Notes: generated by a model from the sequence alone, not told the origin. Positions 52,599 through 62,458 are shown, numbered from the stretch's first letter. The stretch is 64,000 bases of DNA from an uncultured delta proteobacterium (GCA_963828255.1 CAWHDZ010000007.1:192001-256000); one strand, 5' to 3'. Numbers and translations are program-made.

Positions 52599-52668
52599 GA
52601 ACCCTCCAGAGCCCAAAAACCTACACCGCAGGAATTGCGCTTCCTTTTGTGTAGGATGATGTACCGTG

Positions 52669-52684
52669 TGCACGGGACAGGCCA
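52669..52684 (-). promoter_or_regulatory. Sigma54 (-24/-12)-type promoter
   Basis: TGGCCTGTCCCGTGCA, about 70 nt upstream of the ATG, the same distance as in the paralog. Confidence 0.65.
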
Positions 52685-52938
52685 GCGTTTGACTCCGATG
52701 GACTAAATGTTTGATTTCTCATCTTGACCCGACGCAATGGGGGAGGGCTTCTCGATGCCCCCGCGCGGGCTCCCGCCGCCCTCTTGACACCCAGAGTGAA
52801 TGCCGCGGTTCTTGGACCAGGGCGCGAAGGAGGAAACATCTCCTCGCAATCGCTTCCTCCGCGGGGCGCGACTTGGCTATGATGAGGTCGCCACGCGCGG
52901 CTGTCCCGCGCCGGGCGGCACCTCTGAAGGAGTCGATC

Positions 52939-53160
52939 GTGACGCAAGACGAACGCCTGGCGAAGCGAGATGCGCTGCGGTCGGAGATCGTGAAGCTGGA
53001 GGAGTCGATCCGCGTCCTGCTGGAGCAGGAGGAGGAGCTCCTCCGCGAGTGCTCCCACACCTACGCGGGCGGCAAGAGCGCGCTCGTGGGTGGGCGGGTG
53101 AAGGTCTGCGTCCACTGCGGCCGATCGGTCCAGGGCAAGGACGAGAAGCTCTGGGGCTAG
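52939..53160 (+). CDS. Small protein (73 aa): coiled coil plus a CxH...CxxC putative Zn ribbon
   Basis: AAGGAG RBS, GTG start; ECSHTY...VCVHCG; ends 7 nt before the DUF1015 gene. Confidence 0.7.
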   Translation: MTQDERLAKRDALRSEIVKLEESIRVLLEQEEELLRECSHTYAGGKSALVGGRVKVCVHCGRSVQGKDEKLWG

Positions 53161-53167
53161 CCACCCC

Positions 53168-54382
53168 GTGGCCACCCTCCATCCGTTCCGGGCGCTGCGT
53201 CCGTCGCGCGACAACGCGGTCCGCGTCGCCGCGCCCCCCTACGACGTCGTGAACACGCACGAGGCGCGCGAGATCGCCCGGGGCAACCCGGACAGCTACC
53301 TCCACGTCTCCCGCCCCGAGATAGACCTCCCCGAGGGCACCGACGACCACGCCGACGCGGTCTATGCGCGCGGGGCACGGAACCTTTCCGACTTCCGGGA
53401 ACGGGGCGTGCTGCGCCCCGACGTCGAGCCCCACTTCTACGTCTACGCGCAGAAGATGGGCGCCCACCGTCAGGTGGGGCTGGTGGCCTGCGCCTCCGTG
53501 GCCGAGTACGACGCCGACCTCGTCAAGAAGCACGAGAAGACCCGGGCCGACAAGGAGGACGACCGCACCCGCCACATCGACGAGATGGGTGCGCACGACG
53601 AGCCGGTCTTCCTGACCTACCGCGCCTCGAGCGAGATCGACGCCGCGGTCGCCGGGGTGATGGAGGGCGCGCCCGAGTACGACATGACCACCCAGGACGC
53701 CGTCGAGCACCGGCTCTGGGTGGCGGGCGGGGAGGCCAGCGCCCGCATCGCAGCGCTCTTCCGGTCGGTTCCCGCCCTCTACGTGGCCGACGGTCACCAC
53801 CGCTCGGCGGCCGCCTCCCGTGTCCACGCGCTGCGCAAGGGCAAGCCGGGCGAGCACGACCGCTTCCTCGCGGTGGTCTTCCCGCACGACCAGATGCAGA
53901 TCCTGGCTTACAACCGCGTGGTCCGGGACACGAAGGGGCGAAGGCCCGCCGAGCTCCGGGCCGCGCTCGAGCAGGTGTTCAACCTCTCGCCCGCCGACCG
54001 GCCCGAGCCGGACGGGCCGCTCGCGTTCGGCGTCTTCCTCGAGGGGCGCTGGTGGCGGGCGCGGGTCCGTCCCGGGAGCTTCGACGCCAGGGACCCGGTG
54101 GCCTCGCTCGACTGCTCCATCCTGCAGGATCAGGTCCTGGCCCCGATCTTCGGGATCGCCGACCCGCGGCGCGATACCAACGTGGATTTCGTGGGCGGCA
54201 TCCGCGGCGCGAAGGAGCTGGAACGGAGGGTGAACGAGGAGGGCTGGAGCGTGGCCTTCCATCTCTTCCCGACGCGGGTGGACCAGGTGATGGACGTCTC
54301 CGACGCCGGGCAGATCATGCCGCCGAAGAGCACATGGTTCGAGCCGAAGCTGCGCTCCGGCCTCTTCGTGCACGCGTTCTGA
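53168..54382 (+). CDS. DUF1015 family protein
   Basis: PFRALRP, APPYDVV, KKHEKT, YVADGHHRSAAA, MPPKSTWFEPKLRSGL. Confidence 0.92.
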   Translation: MATLHPFRALRPSRDNAVRVAAPPYDVVNTHEAREIARGNPDSYLHVSRPEIDLPEGTDDHADAVYARGARNLSDFRERGVLRPDVEPHFYVYAQKMGAHRQVGLVACASVAEYDADLVKKHEKTRADKEDDRTRHIDEMGAHDEPVFLTYRASSEIDAAVAGVMEGAPEYDMTTQDAVEHRLWVAGGEASARIAALFRSVPALYVADGHHRSAAASRVHALRKGKPGEHDRFLAVVFPHDQMQILAYNRVVRDTKGRRPAELRAALEQVFNLSPADRPEPDGPLAFGVFLEGRWWRARVRPGSFDARDPVASLDCSILQDQVLAPIFGIADPRRDTNVDFVGGIRGAKELERRVNEEGWSVAFHLFPTRVDQVMDVSDAGQIMPPKSTWFEPKLRSGLFVHAF

Positions 54383-55720
54383 TCGGGTCGCTCCCGGAAT
54401 CGTCGGGCGCGACAGGCACTTGCGGCTCGTCTTCGGCAGTTCCTCCGGTGCGCAGCTTCGCGCTTCCGTTCGCCTCCGACCCCTCGCGCAGTCCGCCAGC
54501 AGTCCGGACCTGCACCGGGCCGGTAGAGAACGACCGGGACAGCCCCTCCCGGACGTCCTCGACGTCCAGGTGGCCGTAGGTGTGGATGGTGAGGCGCACG
54601 TCCGAGTGGCGGAGGAACTTCTGCGCGACTGCCATGCCCGCGCTCCGCACCACCGCCGTGCCGCCGGAGTGGCGGGTGTCGTGGAAGCGGACGTGCCGCG
54701 GGACGGGCTTCGCCCAGAGTGATGGCTTGCCGCAGCTCGGGCACGTCTCCGGGAGGGCCGCGGAGGGCCGCAGCTCCTTCCAGCCGCAGTGCGCGGCCCG
54801 GCAGCGATGCTCGTAGCCCTCGATGAGGCCGGCGCGGGCGATGGCGGCCCGGAGCATCCGGTTGAGTCGCAGCTTGCGCGAGTGCATGGTGCCGTCGGCC
54901 CTCGGGAACACGAGCGGGCCGGGCGCCTCGCGCAGCGCCTTCGTGAGGCGCGGCCGGAGCTGATCGGCGATGGGCACCGGTTGCGCCTTGCCGTCCTTCG
55001 TGCGCGGCGCATCCCAGGACCGGTTCACCATGATGATGCCGGCCGCGAGATCCACGTCCTCCTTGCGCATCCCGAAGATCTCCCCCTCGCGCATCACGGC
55101 GTAGAGGCCGGTCGCCACCGGGCCCTGCCATTCCGGCGGGACCTCCGCGAGCACCGGCTCCCACTCCGAGGGCGTAGGATCTTCTTCGGCCTCGGCACGA
55201 CCTTGGACCGCTCGACCTCCTCGATGGGGTTCTGGCGCCCCTCCCACGGTCCACCAGTCTTCCGCGCCACCGCGAAGATGTTGAACAGGTAGCCGCGCAG
55301 GTCGTTCCGGGACTTGGGACCGAGACTGTCCATCTTGTCGGCGAGGAGGCGCTGGACGCGGGCGGCCGTCACCTCGCGCAGCGGCGCGCCCCAGATGGTC
55401 GGGCGCAGGTGCTTCAGCAGGAATGGCTTCACCGCCGTCGAGCGCAGCGTCTTGCCCTTCTGCTCCCACCACCAGTCGAAGAGGGCGCCGAAGGGCATCG
55501 AGAGCGATTCGCTGCGGGTCGGGTCGAGACCGAGCCGCTGCCGGCGGGCCTTCTCCTCGATCTCTCCGAGCCGCCGCCGAGCGAGTTGCTCCGTGGCCCG
55601 GGCCGAGAGGGGCAGTCCGTCGCGGCCCGTCGCCATGACGGCCTGCTGCCGCTGGCGGCCGCTCCCGTCGATCCACTGGATGATCGTCCGGCCGTTCTTC
55701 CGCTTCAGCACCGAGCCCAT
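54315..55720 (-). pseudogene. Tyrosine recombinase/integrase with a one-base deletion at about 55175 (real frameshift or sequencing error)
   Basis: N-terminal ORF 55094..55720 joins as PKKIL-TPSEWEPVL. Catalytic MREGE, TKD, FHDTRH, LRHSDVRLTIHTY; Cys4 insert. Confidence 0.82.
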
Positions 55721-55729
55721 TCGGACCTC

Positions 55730-55969
55730 CTACCTTCGGCCAGGATCCCCGGCTACCCCATCGTCCCGCGCGAAATCCCGGACTGCGTCGGGTCTAAACC
55801 GGAAGAGCGCCCCGACGCGAACGGCGGGAAGCGACCCCTGCCGGCGGAGCTTGTAGACCATCGACAGCGAGACCCGCAGAAAGGCGGCCACGTCCTCGGC
55901 AGTCCAGAGTGCGTCGGCAACTCGCGGCGATGCCGTCGTTGCGTCCATGGCGACCTTTGGAAAGCTCAC
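55730..55969 (-). CDS. Excisionase-like HTH protein
   Basis: LWTAEDVAAFLRVSLSMVYKL...LPAVRVGALFRF. Confidence 0.85.
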   Translation of the reverse strand: MSFPKVAMDATTASPRVADALWTAEDVAAFLRVSLSMVYKLRRQGSLPAVRVGALFRFRPDAVRDFARDDGVAGDPGRR

Positions 55970-57183
55970 GGTCCCACCGTCCTTCCGGGCACCGGAGCCG
56001 GTGGGTCGCGCAGGATGAGCTTTCGCAGGTAGTCGAGGTCGGTCCTGGGGAGGGCGTCGAGGTCGAATCTGCAGTGGCCGGCTCGCTGGTGAAGGGCGAT
56101 GGCCTCGTAGGCGTCCGAGAGCGACTCGTCCACGCGCTGAAGGGAGTCCTGCAGGAGGCGCAGCTCGCGCTCGTCCACGGCCAGGGCGAACCTGGGCGGG
56201 GTAGGGACCGGCGCCGTGGCCACCGCCGTCGTCGGCTTCGAGGCGGATGGCGCAGCAGCAGGAGGCCGACTGGCCGGGACGGTGGAGGCCAGTCGGTCCG
56301 GGAAGTACCCGAGGAGCCTACGAGCGGCCTCGGCGAAGGTGAGGACGATGACCTCGAACGCTCGGTGCTCCATTCGGGCCCTGACCTCCGGGAAGCTCGT
56401 GCCGTCGAGGCACGCCTTCACCGCCTGCTCCACCCGCCGCCTGCGATCGAGGGAATGGACGACGAAGACGAGGCGCGGAGCGAACCCGTCCGGGAAGGCG
56501 CGAACGTACCAGCTGGCCTTGCGGTCGTCGGAGAGGACGTCGAAGTACTGCCGGTATCGCCGCACCTTCGAGACGATGGCCCCGGTTCGCTCCGGATGGG
56601 CGGTGACGATGCTCTGCGTGCCCGTCTCGGCCTCGATGAAGAGCCGGCGGCCCCGGCCCGGGACCTCCAGGATGGCGTCGGGCTTGAGGACGGCCTGGTG
56701 GGACTCCCCGAGGTGGTGGCCGAAGGCGCGGAACTGGAGGACCTCGTCGTTCTCGGCGCGCCAGCGGAACGGAAGCTCCTCGAGCAGCGCCGTCTCCGAC
56801 CGCCTGAGCGAGAGGACGAGCTCGAGGAGGACGTCGTTGAGGAGCAGCGTGTGCTCCAGGAACCGGGCGCCGACGTCGCTCGCCGGGGCCGGGAGCCAGG
56901 GGAGGCCCGGGGTGACGAGGCTGCGGCCGTAGGGCGTGAGCGCCCAGACCGGGACGCTCGTGCCCTCGTAGCGCCGGTAGTGCAGGCGGCGCAGGCAGGC
57001 CCCCTCACCCGGGCGGCCACCGGGCAGGCAGAGCTTCGCGAGGCGGCGGTAGACGAGCTTCTTGCTGCGGTCGGGCGCGATGAGCCGGTGGACCTGGTCG
57101 GCCGATGCGTACCGGGCGATGCCGACGTAGGCGAGGAGGGCGCGATCGCGATCGGTGAGGACGGCTCCCTTGACGTTCGGCAT
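55966..57183 (-). CDS. Replication-relaxation (Replic_Relax) family protein
   Basis: LTDRDRALL winged-helix start, EHTLLLND, KPDA...FIEAETGT (PD-(D/E)xK-like). Confidence 0.75.
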   Translation of the reverse strand: MPNVKGAVLTDRDRALLAYVGIARYASADQVHRLIAPDRSKKLVYRRLAKLCLPGGRPGEGACLRRLHYRRYEGTSVPVWALTPYGRSLVTPGLPWLPAPASDVGARFLEHTLLLNDVLLELVLSLRRSETALLEELPFRWRAENDEVLQFRAFGHHLGESHQAVLKPDAILEVPGRGRRLFIEAETGTQSIVTAHPERTGAIVSKVRRYRQYFDVLSDDRKASWYVRAFPDGFAPRLVFVVHSLDRRRRVEQAVKACLDGTSFPEVRARMEHRAFEVIVLTFAEAARRLLGYFPDRLASTVPASRPPAAAPSASKPTTAVATAPVPTPPRFALAVDERELRLLQDSLQRVDESLSDAYEAIALHQRAGHCRFDLDALPRTDLDYLRKLILRDPPAPVPGRTVGP

Positions 57184-57219
57184 GGCGCGCCTCCGGGCGG
57201 CGCGGCCCCGTTGGGGTCG

Positions 57220-57561
57220 CTACCGCTTCCTCCCTGGATTCGAGTTCGGGCCGTCGAAGCCGGGCTCCTCTTCGCGGAGCACGAGGGCGCGCTGGAAGAG
57301 GAGGTGGAGCAGGTACTCGTACCGTCCCATGCCGAGCGCGCCGCGATCCGCATCCAGGAGCGCCACCGCGGCGACTGGTAGGCCGAACCAGGTCCGGAGC
57401 CCGTCGAGGTGCCGGACGACGTGCGCCGTGAGGTCCACGCCGCGGGCGTCGGCCTCGCCACGGAGGAAGGTGACGAGCTCACGAGGCATGCGGATGGTCT
57501 GCATCAGCTTCTCCGTCGTGGAGAAAGGGCCGTCGGTGCGTGGCTTCTTACGGGATGCCAT
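57220..57561 (-). CDS. Small ribbon-helix-helix-like regulator
   Basis: AGGAGG RBS; QTIRMPRELVTFLRGEA strand-helix pattern; palindrome CGTATA-G-TATACG upstream at 57581-57593. Confidence 0.6.
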   Translation of the reverse strand: MASRKKPRTDGPFSTTEKLMQTIRMPRELVTFLRGEADARGVDLTAHVVRHLDGLRTWFGLPVAAVALLDADRGALGMGRYEYLLHLLFQRALVLREEEPGFDGPNSNPGRKR

Positions 57562-57619
57562 AACGAGTCCTCCTGACATACGTATAGTATACGCGTCGCC
57601 CTGACGCAAGCGTTCGAGG

Positions 57620-57884
57620 GCGCTCGACGCTCGGTGGGTCCGACGACGGCGGCTTCGAGGAGTTCTGCGAGTTCCTCGCCAGCTGCGACCGGAGTTTCTG
57701 GTTCTCGGCCCGGAGCCGCACGACCTCGGCATTCTCCGCCCGGAGCCGCGTGACTTCCTCCATCAATCAGCCAGGCAACCTTCGCCTCCAGCTCGGCGAT
57801 GCGTTGGTCGCGAAAGTCAGGCGCGACAGGCACTAGGAGTGTAGATCACACTCCAGATCCCCTGTCGATCCCGTGAACGGTTGC
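57620..57884 (-). mobile_element. Truncated IS66-family left end (DUF6444 fragment)
   Basis: End GCAACCGTTCACG; encodes NSQNSSKPPSSD; 4-bp insertion relative to the right copy. Confidence 0.75.
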
Positions 57885-57905
57885 CCGGTTGTTAGCTGGC
57901 CAGAC

Positions 57906-59234
57906 CTATTGCAAACGCTTCATCGGCGGCGCGATCCACTTGCCTTCCAGCGCCTCGGGTTTCGGGACGTAGAGGCGCAAGACCACCCAGAAAGGTCCCT
58001 TCGGCGAGGGCAGCCAGTTGGCTTCCTTGTCCTTGCCGGGTGATTCGTTCTGGACATGAAGCGTCAGCCCGCCGTCATCATCCATCTTGAATTGCGACAG
58101 CATGGTCGAGTTCAACAGGTAGCGATTGATCGGATTGGCGACGAGCAGGTTCGCCGGATGATCGTACATGGTCAGCGACCAGAACGAGTCGGCGGGCGGC
58201 AACTGGCCTTTCTTGAAGCCTAAGCTGTAGCGATTGGCACCGTCCAGCTTCTGCCGGTCCCCATCCAGAAAGTAGGGGAGATAAATCGCCTCTTCCTTCG
58301 AGAGGCCGTAAATGCCTTTCACCGCGGCGCCCATACGGTAGAGGTAATTGTTCTTGAGATATTCACGGGTACCGAAAATGTCGCCTGACGTCACTTCCCC
58401 TTTGTTGACCCGATCCAATAATCCATTGAATTCGGACCAGCCGTCGGCCATGCCGGCCTCGATCGCCTGCTTCGTTTCCGCTGAAAGCTTGCTGGCATCG
58501 AAAGGCTGGCCCGCGCCAACACCAATCTTGGCGAATCGGTCCATGAGGGCCTGCTCTGATGGATGGGTCGGGCAGAACTGCAGGTAGAAGTTCAACAGCG
58601 TGTAGAACTCGAGCGAGGTCTTCTGGGTGACCGGTGTGAGCGGCTTGGGAAAATTGATCGAAGGGGCAGCTTGTGGGGCTGGCTGGCCAAGGAAAGCCGA
58701 TAAGGGCTTGACGACATACTGCGCTTGAATCTGCTTGACGTTGTCGAGGTCGGCGGGATTGAAGAGCTGCGTCCGAAACTGCGCCGAAGCCATTTCAGTC
58801 TCGCAACGGATCACCTTCGTGATACCCGGGGGCTTTTCCCCGTGCCAGTTTGGACCGGCGATGAGAAAACTGCCGCCATCGTTGCCTGTCGCGCGACTGC
58901 CGGGAATGTCGAAGTTGTGCGTGTAGAGGTCGATCAGTTGCAGGCTCCAGTACCGCTCCCGGGCGATGGGCGGCACGGTGAACACGATCGGTTCCGCACG
59001 CAAATCCAGACCGATCCACGAGTAGGGAGTATCCGAGTTGGCGGTCTGGATCGCCTTGTCGTCCGGCGTGAACACGCGGGGAATGTTGAAGAGGGTGTTG
59101 TAAGGCGCTTTGTAGTCCGGATCCTTCTTGTCGGTGAAGTAGGCGTATTGCACCCGCAGGTTATCCACCATCGGGAAGCCGTAGATGTAGGCTTCCTTCG
59201 CGATGGCGCGGGCTTTGTCGGCAGTCATGTTCAT
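57906..59234 (-). CDS. DUF1254/DUF1214 domain protein
   Basis: AKEAYIYGFPMV, NSDTPYSW, FWSLTMYD, NWLPSP, LRLYVP; low GC. Confidence 0.88.
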   Translation of the reverse strand: MNMTADKARAIAKEAYIYGFPMVDNLRVQYAYFTDKKDPDYKAPYNTLFNIPRVFTPDDKAIQTANSDTPYSWIGLDLRAEPIVFTVPPIARERYWSLQLIDLYTHNFDIPGSRATGNDGGSFLIAGPNWHGEKPPGITKVIRCETEMASAQFRTQLFNPADLDNVKQIQAQYVVKPLSAFLGQPAPQAAPSINFPKPLTPVTQKTSLEFYTLLNFYLQFCPTHPSEQALMDRFAKIGVGAGQPFDASKLSAETKQAIEAGMADGWSEFNGLLDRVNKGEVTSGDIFGTREYLKNNYLYRMGAAVKGIYGLSKEEAIYLPYFLDGDRQKLDGANRYSLGFKKGQLPPADSFWSLTMYDHPANLLVANPINRYLLNSTMLSQFKMDDDGGLTLHVQNESPGKDKEANWLPSPKGPFWVVLRLYVPKPEALEGKWIAPPMKRLQ

Positions 59235-59252
59235 GATTCTTCTCCAGTCAGC

Positions 59253-60212
59253 CTATTTGCAGGGGACGGCATCCGGCAGTTTGTAGCTGCCATTCAGGAC
59301 GGATTGGCCGGGGCGATACACGCGCATCAGGAAATTCCAACCTTCGCTCACATCCAGCCGGTTGGGCACGTCGCCGCAGGCTTCCTTCGACCCGAAGTGA
59401 ACCGTGAACGTGCCGTCAGCATTCATCTTCGTGTTCGCGGCGTTGAGAATGTTGTTGACGCTCTTCATGTAGCCATCCGCGCCGTAAACGGTGATGGACC
59501 AGAACGCATTGTTCTCGGGCACCTGGTAGGTGGCGGTGTGGCATCTATCGGCGGACAGATGTCCGTTGTAATTGATGTAAACCGCGTCCTTGTTCGGGAA
59601 AAGTCCCCACGCCCCGGCGCAGCCCAGGTGACGGGTTGCTTCATCGGCTTCTCCGCGCTTGCCCATCCAGCCGTCCGGATACAGAGCGAACTTTGCGAAC
59701 TCCTTGTTGTATTCCGCGGTGAGTGCGGCCAAAGACTTCTTGTCCCATTTCGGTTCCGGGAAAGGGTCGGCGCTGTTGGCCTTGATGACAAACTGATCCT
59801 GCAATTTATTGACCAGCGCGATGTCCGCAGGGTCATCCGGGCGCAACAGCTGGATACGAACATTGATGGCGAGATACTTGGTGTCCTGGGGCAGTTTGTG
59901 CGTGCCCGAGGTATAGATCACGCCAGGACAGTAGTGATCGTTATCAAGCAACAGCACGGAGAAATAGCGGCCCGCTGGCATTTCCGGCACCGTGATGGTG
60001 GCACCCTTGGACGTATCCACCAAGGCCACCGTGTAGAGCGTGTCCTTGTTCATCCGGACGACCGTTTGCCTGTCCAGCGGCGTGACCTGGCGGAAGCTGA
60101 ACAGTTTGTTCACGCCGCCAGTCAGCTGCGATGCGTTGAAAAACGTTCGGTCCGTTTCAGCTCGGCAGTAAGTCTCCTGCGTCACCTCGTGTGTCTCGAT
60201 GATCTCTTTCAT
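59253..60212 (-). CDS. DUF1254/DUF1214 domain protein
   Basis: QTVVRMNKDTLY, FWSITVY, GWNFLMRVYRP; AAGGA RBS; low GC. Confidence 0.85.
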   Translation of the reverse strand: MKEIIETHEVTQETYCRAETDRTFFNASQLTGGVNKLFSFRQVTPLDRQTVVRMNKDTLYTVALVDTSKGATITVPEMPAGRYFSVLLLDNDHYCPGVIYTSGTHKLPQDTKYLAINVRIQLLRPDDPADIALVNKLQDQFVIKANSADPFPEPKWDKKSLAALTAEYNKEFAKFALYPDGWMGKRGEADEATRHLGCAGAWGLFPNKDAVYINYNGHLSADRCHTATYQVPENNAFWSITVYGADGYMKSVNNILNAANTKMNADGTFTVHFGSKEACGDVPNRLDVSEGWNFLMRVYRPGQSVLNGSYKLPDAVPCK

Positions 60213-60236
60213 TTCCTTCTCTCCTCTTGGGCAAGG

Positions 60237-60538
60237 GCAACCGTTCACGGGATCGACAGGGGATCTGGAGTGTGATCTACACTCCTGGTGCCTGTCGCGC
60301 CTGACTTTTGCGACCAACGCATCGCCGAGCTGGAGGCGAAGGTTGCCTGGCTGATGGAGGAAGTCACGCGGCTCCGGGCGGAGAATGCCGAGGTCGTGCG
60401 GCTCCGGGCCGAGAACCAGGAACCCCGCTCGCAGCTGGCGAGGAACTCGCAGAACTCCTCGAAGCCGCCGTCGTCGGACCCACCGAGCGCCGAGCACCCC
60501 ATGGGCGTGCCGGCAGCAACCAGGGCGTGAACGGCTAC
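60237..60538 (+). mobile_element. 302-bp internally deleted mini-IS66 (MITE-like)
   Basis: Terminal inverted repeats GCAACCGTTCACG / CGTGAACGGCTAC (11/13); DUF6444 fragment NSQNSSKPPSSD; no 8-bp target duplication seen. Confidence 0.75.
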
Positions 60539-60586
60539 CGCTCCCGTTGATCGTGGCGAGGCGTCGAGGGTGTCGCCAGCCGAAGC

Positions 60587-60919
60587 CTACTTCGTCGCGG
60601 TCTCGCCAGCCTTGGCAGGCCTCGCGGCCCGGACGAGCTCGCGCAGGACGACCGACGCGTTCACGCCCCGACGCTTGGCCAGCGCCTGCAGCGTGGACAT
60701 CTCCAGGTCATCGAGCCGGACCCGATACACGTGGGTGCGCGCCTGGCGGGTCGCCTGCGGCTCGTAGACGACTTCCTCGCCGCCGGCCTCCATCGCCTCA
60801 TCGAAGTCATGAGAGAGCCAGAAGCGCTCCTCCTCGGCCGCCGTTGCGAGCCTGGGGAGCGGCTTTCCGGGCGGCCCCTGCTTCTGCGACGTCTTCCGCG
60901 ACGTCTTCTTGGTCTTCAT
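60587..60919 (-). CDS. CopG/BrnA-like antitoxin, no cognate toxin seen
   Basis: LPRLATAAEEERFWLSHD plus a C-terminal RHH (YRVRLD...LQALAKRRGV). Confidence 0.7.
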   Translation of the reverse strand: MKTKKTSRKTSQKQGPPGKPLPRLATAAEEERFWLSHDFDEAMEAGGEEVVYEPQATRQARTHVYRVRLDDLEMSTLQALAKRRGVNASVVLRELVRAARPAKAGETATK

Positions 60920-60998
60920 CGCTTCACCGTCCTTCGCCAGGCTTCCCAGTTCATTGCCACGGCGCGCCAGCCAACTGTGGCGGGCAGGCACGGGCCAG

Positions 60999-61436
60999 TC
61001 AGCGGCCGGTGTGGACACGCCAGGCGGCCAGGAAGGCGGCCGGGGCGAGGACCTGGGCACCGCGGTAGTGCTTCAGGTTCCGCAGGTCCGGGTCCTTCGA
61101 CACGATGTGCGTGGCTGCTCCCGTGAAAGCGGCCCAGCAGAACATGTCGTCCTTGGGGTCCGCCGAGATGCGCGGTCCGAGGGAGTCCTGGATGACGTCA
61201 GCGGCGCCGAATTCCACGACGTCGAGCCACACCTCCGCGTCGAAGCGAGAATCGAACATCTCGCGATTCTGCGGCCTCGTGAGGACATCGAGGATCTCGT
61301 CGCGGATGGCCGTTGACGTCACGATCCGAAATGCACCGCCACGAGCCAATCGGACGATCACTCCGGGCGCGCCACCGGGGTTTGCCGCGGCGCTGAGCCA
61401 GACCATCGTGTCGAGAACGACCCGCCAGGGTCTCAC
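60999..61436 (-). CDS. PIN-domain toxin (VapC-like)
   Basis: VVLDTMVWLSA...E...DPKDDMF...IVSKDPDL. Confidence 0.88.
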   Translation of the reverse strand: MRPWRVVLDTMVWLSAAANPGGAPGVIVRLARGGAFRIVTSTAIRDEILDVLTRPQNREMFDSRFDAEVWLDVVEFGAADVIQDSLGPRISADPKDDMFCWAAFTGAATHIVSKDPDLRNLKHYRGAQVLAPAAFLAAWRVHTGR

Positions 61437-61747
61437 CGCCGCTTGCCCTTGGTGCCCCGCTCAGCGCGGACCTGCTCGAGCGATGCGCGCAGCCGACGCT
61501 CGATCTTCTCTGGCCCGATACGCGCGGCGGTCTCCCGCTGGAACGCCTCGAGCTCGTCGGCGCGCTCGCGTGCGAATTCCTCCAGCCGACGCATGCGCTC
61601 GACCGGAACGATGGCGGCGACCGCCTCGCCCTTGCGCTCGATGACGTAGGTGTCGAAGCGGAGACGCACCCGGTCGAGCACGTCGCCAAGCTTGGCGCGG
61701 AGGTCCATGGTGGAGATGTGGTGGGAGCCATCGGCTGGCCTGCTCAT
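61433..61747 (-). CDS. Phd/YefM family antitoxin
   Basis: ISTMDLRAKLGDVLDRV...YVIERKGEAVAAIVP; GTGA overlap with the PIN gene. Confidence 0.88.
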   Translation of the reverse strand: MSRPADGSHHISTMDLRAKLGDVLDRVRLRFDTYVIERKGEAVAAIVPVERMRRLEEFARERADELEAFQRETAARIGPEKIERRLRASLEQVRAERGTKGKRR

Positions 61748-61825
61748 GGTGCCGTCTATAGCAACTATCATAGAGTCGCGCACCTCCTCCGAAGGGTTGC
61801 CGGCCGCCTGGCGGCCGCTCCAACC

Positions 61826-62458
61826 TCACGCCAGGGCCTCCAGGTAGGGCCGGAGGACCGCCGAGACCCGGTCGGCGCGGGCAGCCGCGACCAGGTCGTC
61901 GATGGGCGAGCCGGCGCGCCGGTCACCGCCTCTCGCGACGGGGCGACCGAGGTACCCCCGCAGCGCGGCCAGCGCGACTTCCAGGCCGACGTGCCGGCGG
62001 TACCTGAAACAGTCGGCCACGGTCTTGGCCGGCGTCGTGAGCCGGACCGGGACGCCCTCGATGGTCCTCGTCTCGACGCCCTGCACGAGCGCGGGGCCAC
62101 TCGCGTACACGACCTCCAGCTTCGGATAGGTGACCTTCGGCGTCCGGGCATGGCGGTCGATGAGTATCCAGACCGCGTGCGGGGCCTCCGTCGTGAGTCC
62201 GTGGACCTGAAGGGCGCTCAGCAGGGCGACGGTCGCGTGCGGGACGCGTCGGGCGACCTCGACCAGCGAGTGCAGCTCCGTGACCGGTGCCTCGGGGAGC
62301 AGGTAGAGCCCGCGATCAACGCGTTCCAGGAGGCCGCGCTCGCACAGCCGTCGCAGGTAGACCCGCGGGATGCCCGCCGCGTCGACGTCGCGCGTCCGCA
62401 GGGGGCCGGAGCCGGCCAGCCGGAGCAGTTCGGAGGTCTTGGTCGCGATCGAGGGCAT
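61826..62458 (-). CDS. Type IV TA antitoxin / regulator AbiEi family
   Basis: LERVDRGLY, SALQVHGLT, PAKTVADCFRYR...VGLEVAL, RPYLEAL. Confidence 0.85.
   Translation of the reverse strand: MPSIATKTSELLRLAGSGPLRTRDVDAAGIPRVYLRRLCERGLLERVDRGLYLLPEAPVTELHSLVEVARRVPHATVALLSALQVHGLTTEAPHAVWILIDRHARTPKVTYPKLEVVYASGPALVQGVETRTIEGVPVRLTTPAKTVADCFRYRRHVGLEVALAALRGYLGRPVARGGDRRAGSPIDDLVAAARADRVSAVLRPYLEALA

Noticed and set aside
54402..54416. GTCGGGCGCGACAGG resembling a tRNA-Pro 3' end (possible att remnant)
   Set aside because: Short and imperfect; no tRNA cloverleaf and no second copy found in the window.
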